Shown piece after piece: positions 47,351 to 51,946 of a stretch of 51,946 bases of DNA (position 1 is the first letter of the stretch; each line of letters begins with the position of its first letter). Source of the DNA: Myxococcota bacterium (GTDB lineage: Bacteria > Myxococcota_A > UBA796 > UBA2385); the NCBI GenBank assembly GCA_044344255.1, contig JBIJDH010000039.1:1-51946 (forward strand). The letters are read 5' to 3'. The notes below the pieces were generated by a model. That model worked only from the letters and a program-made list of their open reading frames with translations. It was not told the origin of the DNA and made no database searches. Position numbers and translations under genes: made by a program.

Positions 47351-47571
47351 GGTTCGGTGCCAACGAGTGATAGTCGCCACCAAGCCCGCCGAACTCGGCC
47401 CCACCCGCCGCGCCGGCGCCGCTCGACGATCCCGACGGCCGGTCAACCACGGGATGCGGATCCGTCCTGCTGGTCGTGGTGTTCTCGCCCCCGACCTCGC
47501 CGGGCCAGGGAGGGGGTAGACCGTCGTCAAGGCACCACGGGACGGGTGAGCTGCCCGATCGTCATCCCCCT
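47351..47571. repeat. 221-bp non-coding element, copy 2
   Basis: Direct repeat of 46110-46330, with an extra GGTTCGGTGCC at 47340-47350. Confidence 0.9.
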
Positions 47572-47700
47572 GGACAGAGCGCAGGTCGTCGTAGGCCTCG
47601 GCCGCCGGGCACGCCGTGAGGGTGGGGCGAGGGCTCCGCGTCCGACGGGTATCCACGCGGTCGTCACCCTCGTCAGTCGGGGCTCCTCCCCGGGCCTGAG

Positions 47701-50700
47701 CTATCCCTGTGTTCGGCTGGCCAGCGGGAGGTAGAGGTGAAAGGCTGCCCCGCCGGAGGGGGCGGTCTCTGCGTGGACCCGGCCGCCGAGCCCCTCGACG
47801 ACGCGGCGCACGATAGAGAGGCCGAGCCCGAGCCCGTCGGGGGAGCGCTTGACGCCGGGCTCGAAGATCCGGTCGACGATGCTGTCGGGCACGCCGTCGC
47901 CCTCGTCCTCGATGGTCCAGCGGGCCTCCTGCTCCTCGAGCCCGAGCGAGACGTGGATGGTCGAGCCGGGGGGCGCGTGGCGGAGCGCGTTGGAGAGCAG
48001 GTTCTCCAGGGCCCGCTCGAGCTCGGCGTCGCGGTCGTGGACGAGGAGCGCGGCGGGGGCCTCGAGGCGGAAGGTCTGGCCGCGGTGCCGGGCGTCGGGC
48101 ATCGAGCGCTCGATGAGCTGCCGGGTGAGGGCGACGAGCTCCACCACGGCGCGCGCGGGGGGCGCCCCGTCGGCGGTGAGGAGGTTGTCGGTCAGCGCGG
48201 CCACCCGGCGGGCCTGGGCCTCGATGAGCCGCGCTGCGGCGCGCACCTCGTCGCTCGCCCCGGGCGCCAGGAGGACCTCGTTCGCGGCCAGCAGCAGCGA
48301 GGTGAGGGGGCTCCGGAGGTCGTGGGCCACCTCGAGCATGCGGCGCCGCTGGGCGTCCCGTTCGATGACTCGGCTGGAACGGGCGAGGGCGAGGCTCATG
48401 AGGGAGGCCAGGGCCCGGGCCATGCGGGTGGAACGATCGAGCTCCTGGTCGGACACTCCGTGGCTGTCGACGTAGAGGGCGCCGATGAGCTGGTCGACCT
48501 CGAAGACGGGCAGACACATCACCGATCTCACCTGGAGGTACTGGATGCTCTCCTGGTCGCGCAGGTCTCGCCGCTCGGCGGTGTCTTTGACGATGACCTC
48601 GCGGCCCCGCGCCAGGGTGGTGCGCGTGACGGAGGAGGAGGGCCGGCCCACCGGCGCTCCTTCTGCGGACGCGGCGGCGACGACGTGCAGCTCTCCGTCT
48701 CGGAGCGTGAGCAAGAAGGCGCGGTCACCCGGGACGAGCCTCACCGCGGCTTCGGCGATGAGGCTGAGCATCCGCTGGGGGTCGGCCTCGCGGCTGAGGG
48801 AGAGGGTGAGGTCGAGCAGTCGGTCGGCCCCGGTGCTCGGCCCCGCCACCTCGGGCTGGGCGGCGGTGCGGGCGCGGGTGAGCAGGCCCTCGGCCCGCTC
48901 CCGGAACTGGGCGTGACCCACCTCATCGGCCCACACGACCACCCGGCAGGCCTCCTCGACGGCCCGCTCGGGCTCGTGGGCGGCCAGCCAGGCCTCGGCG
49001 CTCCAGAGCCGCACCTCGGCGAGGGTGCGGGCCGAGCCGGACTCGCGGAGGGGGCTCGCCGCCCGCTCGAGCGTGGGGCCCACCTGATCGAGCTCGCCGC
49101 GGCGGGCGAGGCAGACCGCCTTCAAGGCCGTCGCTCGGCAGACGTCGCGAATGGAGTCGGCGCGGGTGGCCACTCGGATGGCGGCGAGGCACTGCTCAAA
49201 CGCGGCGGGGTCACCCCGGCGGACGCTGAGCTCGGCCCAGCGACGCAGCACCCGAGGGCGGAGTCGGGGCAGCTCCTGGTCGCCGACGACGTGTGCGGCC
49301 CGGGTGAGCCAGGCGTTGGCGATGTCGAGGCGACCGGCGTTCAGCTCGAGGTCGGTGAGGGAGAGGGCGACGTTGACGGCCTGCTCGAGCTCACCGCGGG
49401 CGGAGGCCGCCTCGTAGGCCTGGACGCCGAGGGCGGAGGCCTCTGCGTCGCGGCCCACCTCGAGCAGGGCGCTCGTCAGGTGGACCTGGATGCGGATGAG
49501 CTCGTCGTGGTGATCGAGCAGGCGGGCCATCGAGGCCGCCGCCGACCAACACTCGATGGCCTGTGGCCGGTCTCCGCCGTGGTAGTGGGCCTGTCCGGCG
49601 CGGTCCAGCCAGCGGACCTGCTCGACGCCCATCGACTCGGGGTCGCAGCGGGCCGCGTCCTGAAAGGCGGCGGCGGACTCGGCGTACCGCCCCTGCTGCC
49701 AGAGGAGGATGGCCCGCTCTGCGTCGAGCTTCTCGCGTTCGCGATGGCCGGGCTCGGGGGGCCCGGCGGCGAGGCGCTCGACGGCCACCTCGCTGCGCCC
49801 GGCGGCGACCAGCGCCCGGCTCTCGATGAGGCGGAGGCCCAGCCAGGCGCGGCGCTCATGGGGCTCCTCGGGCGGGGCCGCTTTGAGGCCCAGGCGGGCG
49901 AGGGTGAGGGCCTGCGCGGCCTTGTCGGCGCCGAGGTAGAGCCGGGCGTCAACCTCGAGCAGCACGCAGGGGGGCGTGCCGGAGCCGAGCAGCTTCCAGG
50001 CGCGCCGCACCTCGGCCCGCGCCCCCTCCTCGTCGGAGCCCGCGTCGACCAACAGGCGGGCCAGCAGGGTGTGGACCGGCACCAGCAGCGCGCTCGGATC
50101 GGCCCGACGGAGGAAGGCACGGCCGAGCTCGATGGCGCCGTTGGCGCGCCCGCTGGCCTCGAGGGTCCGCATCACGGGCACCGCGAGGTCGGCGGAGGGG
50201 GCGAGGCCCCAGAGGGTGCGGGCCACTCGGGGGGCGCCCGCAGGGTCCCGCAGCAGGAGGGCGTTGAGCGCGGCCGCCCCATACATCCGGGCCGCCTCCA
50301 CCTGCCCGGCCGCGACCAACAGCCCGGCGAGGCGCGACCAGGGCGGAGAGGGGCGCTGCACGAGCACCCGCACCCAGGCGTCGAAGAGGGCGGGCAGGTC
50401 GATCCCCTCCGCGGAGAGCACGGCGGCTTGGTTCTCGGGGGAGGGGCAGCGCACCCGCCCCTGGTCAACGCGGAGGACGCCGCGGGCGACCACGCTGTCG
50501 ATCGCGGCGTGGAGCGCCTCTTCGCTGAGGCCGGTCACGGCGCCGAGCTCTCCCCGGCGCGCCGTCCCCTTCGCGGCCACCACCGCGGCCACCACCAGCA
50601 GTGCCTCGCTGGACAGGGCGGTCGTGGGCCCGAGGCGGGTCGGGCTCGATCCGTCGCGGTCGGCCCAGACCCAGCCGCCGCGCTGGGCCCGGATCGCGCC

Positions 50701-51465
50701 GCGCCCGACCGCCTCGGCCACGAGGAGCAGCAGGCGCCCGGGGAGCCCCTGTCCCTCGCCGAGGACCTGCTCGACGAAGCCCTCGGGCAGGCCGTTCCCA
50801 CCGAGCCAAGCGCCGATGAGCTCGGCGGCACGAGGCGAGTCCAGGGGCTCGAGGTGGAGCGCCGCGGTGGCCCACGGCGGGGCCTGGCTGCCCGAAGCGC
50901 AGACGTGGAGGCCCGGTCGGCTGACGAGGGCGGCCACCACCTCCTGGGTGCCGCTGTCGTGGCGGTGCAGATCGTCGATCAGCACCCGGAGCCCGGCCGG
51001 GGCCCGCGCTGCCAGCCGCCGGGCCGCAGCCTGGGCCCGTCGAGCCGGGGTGCGGTGGTCGGGCAGCGGGGCAGGCGGTAACGGGAGGAGGGGCTCCTCC
51101 AGGGCCTCGTCGACGGCGGCCCAGGGGCTCGCCCCGGGCGTGATGCGAAGCCAGGGGAGCCCCTGGTCGGTGAGGGTGTCGGCGAGCTGGTCGAGGGCGC
51201 GGCTGCGGCCGCTGCCGTCGGGGCCCTCGACGAAGATCGAGCTGGGGCGATGGACCCAGGCGTCGAGGGCGGCGTCGACCTCGGGCCGAGGCACGGAGGC
51301 GCGGGCCGCGCGCCTCCACAGCGTAGCGAGGCCGGAGACGGGGCTACGGCGTGGAGCTTCGGGGGGGGGATTTTCAGGGGGGGGAGAGGCGATCGGGACA
51401 CCTTTGACGATGGCGCAGCGGCGATGGGGCGTGTTGAGCCTGGAGCTCCGGCGGTGGAGTGTCAA
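47701..51465 (-). CDS. Large soluble sensor histidine kinase: P-loop NTPase (STAND-like), TPR, GAF, HisKA, HATPase
   Basis: GPDGSGRS, VLIDDLH, helical repeats, GAF (SVMCLPV...GALYVDS), AHDLRSPL, NLLSNALRH, DEGDG, GLGLGL; TTG start overlaps upstream TGA, start uncertain. Confidence 0.88.
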   Translation of the reverse strand: MTLHRRSSRLNTPHRRCAIVKGVPIASPPPENPPPEAPRRSPVSGLATLWRRAARASVPRPEVDAALDAWVHRPSSIFVEGPDGSGRSRALDQLADTLTDQGLPWLRITPGASPWAAVDEALEEPLLPLPPAPLPDHRTPARRAQAAARRLAARAPAGLRVLIDDLHRHDSGTQEVVAALVSRPGLHVCASGSQAPPWATAALHLEPLDSPRAAELIGAWLGGNGLPEGFVEQVLGEGQGLPGRLLLLVAEAVGRGAIRAQRGGWVWADRDGSSPTRLGPTTALSSEALLVVAAVVAAKGTARRGELGAVTGLSEEALHAAIDSVVARGVLRVDQGRVRCPSPENQAAVLSAEGIDLPALFDAWVRVLVQRPSPPWSRLAGLLVAAGQVEAARMYGAAALNALLLRDPAGAPRVARTLWGLAPSADLAVPVMRTLEASGRANGAIELGRAFLRRADPSALLVPVHTLLARLLVDAGSDEEGARAEVRRAWKLLGSGTPPCVLLEVDARLYLGADKAAQALTLARLGLKAAPPEEPHERRAWLGLRLIESRALVAAGRSEVAVERLAAGPPEPGHREREKLDAERAILLWQQGRYAESAAAFQDAARCDPESMGVEQVRWLDRAGQAHYHGGDRPQAIECWSAAASMARLLDHHDELIRIQVHLTSALLEVGRDAEASALGVQAYEAASARGELEQAVNVALSLTDLELNAGRLDIANAWLTRAAHVVGDQELPRLRPRVLRRWAELSVRRGDPAAFEQCLAAIRVATRADSIRDVCRATALKAVCLARRGELDQVGPTLERAASPLRESGSARTLAEVRLWSAEAWLAAHEPERAVEEACRVVVWADEVGHAQFRERAEGLLTRARTAAQPEVAGPSTGADRLLDLTLSLSREADPQRMLSLIAEAAVRLVPGDRAFLLTLRDGELHVVAAASAEGAPVGRPSSSVTRTTLARGREVIVKDTAERRDLRDQESIQYLQVRSVMCLPVFEVDQLIGALYVDSHGVSDQELDRSTRMARALASLMSLALARSSRVIERDAQRRRMLEVAHDLRSPLTSLLLAANEVLLAPGASDEVRAAARLIEAQARRVAALTDNLLTADGAPPARAVVELVALTRQLIERSMPDARHRGQTFRLEAPAALLVHDRDAELERALENLLSNALRHAPPGSTIHVSLGLEEQEARWTIEDEGDGVPDSIVDRIFEPGVKRSPDGLGLGLSIVRRVVEGLGGRVHAETAPSGGAAFHLYLPLASRTQG

Positions 51466-51946
51466 TCATCCCAAGGTGTGGCGCTCCATGCAAGCAGTCC
51501 GCTGAAGTCCGCACAGACCTCGCCGAGGTAGACCCCGCCCGACCAGGCCCCGCCGCAGCCGTCGCAGTCAGCGGCATCCTGGGTGGGCGTGTCTTCGGTG
51601 GGACCGTCGAAGGTGATGTCTGTCCAGAGGCCGTCGCCGTCGAGGATGGACAGGGTGCCGCTGGGCTCCTCGGGGCAGTCCGATCCGGCCAGGGCGTCGG
51701 CGATCAGCAGGCCCTCGAAGACCACGGCGGTGATCCCGCCCGCCTCGGGGGCGATGCGCCCGTTGGCGGAGAAGGTGCGGCCGTCATTGGTCAGCGCGCC
51801 TGCGCTCAGCTCGACCGCAGGGGACAGGCCGGCGGAGAGCCAGGTGCCCTCGGCGGCGGGGCCGTCGTAGCCGAAGCCGTCGTCGATCACCGAGTAGTAG
51901 AACCGGTTGCCGGAGCTGTCTTCGCCGACCACATAGGTCGCGCCCC
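51462..51946 (-). CDS. Cys-containing acidic protein, probably extracellular; 5' end lies beyond the right window edge
   Basis: Open frame with GC3-rich codons ending CDGCG...GEVCADFSGLLAWSATPWDD*. Confidence 0.6.
   Translation of the reverse strand, partial: GATYVVGEDSSGNRFYYSVIDDGFGYDGPAAEGTWLSAGLSPAVELSAGALTNDGRTFSANGRIAPEAGGITAVVFEGLLIADALAGSDCPEEPSGTLSILDGDGLWTDITFDGPTEDTPTQDAADCDGCGGAWSGGVYLGEVCADFSGLLAWSATPWDD

Larger units (their letters stand above)
39921..47700. mobile_element. Genomic island inserted at the kinase 3' end (defence and surface cargo)
   Basis: Flanking direct repeat of a gene end, McrBC, transposase relic, internal repeats, lower-GC patch; no integrase seen. Confidence 0.7.

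Noticed and set aside
47345..47363. Sigma54-like GG-N10-GC at the end of repeat copy 2
   Set aside because: It arises from the 11-bp tandem duplication and is absent in copy 1.
47351..47500. Amidase-signature-like reading (PSGSSSGAGAA) of the 221-bp repeat
   Set aside because: Low-complexity match with no start or rest of the domain; substitutions are not synonymous-biased in that frame.
46110..47571. DGR template/variable repeat pair
   Set aside because: Mismatches are not adenine-specific on either strand and there is no reverse transcriptase in the window.
51295..51317. GGAGGCGCG/CGCGCCTCC hairpin as a regulatory element
   Set aside because: A 9-bp GC stem is unremarkable at this GC content and has no U-tract.

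Overview
Very GC-rich bacterial DNA with Myxococcota-like gene content. From left to right: (1) a myxobacterial-type PUFA synthase cluster on the minus strand, pfa1 (ER), pfa2 (KS-AT-ACPx2-KR-DH) and pfa3 (KS-CLF, apparently no AT; runs off the left edge); (2) divergent from it, a HEAT-repeat/PilT fusion, a second PilT, a Ycf46-like AAA ATPase and an EF-hand protein; (3) housekeeping and envelope genes (PanE-like, RlmN-like, SirB1-like, sulfatase-fold enzyme, AsnB-like ligase, lspA, ETF-QO, three GT-C-like membrane proteins, tRNA nucleotidyltransferase); (4) a sulfate ABC operon sbp-cysT-cysW-cysA with a sigma54 promoter and a coupled sigma54 activator, then gor; (5) a ~7.8-kb island (39921-47700) bracketed by a duplicated 3' end of a large NTPase-TPR-GAF histidine kinase gene. 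The island carries McrBC, two paralogous secreted proteins, a RAYT transposase relic with REP-like motifs, an L-domain repeat lipoprotein, a duplicated 221-bp non-coding element and a JAB-domain ORF split by an amber codon. I saw no rRNA, tRNA or CRISPR array. All calls come from reading motifs by eye; no searches were run.
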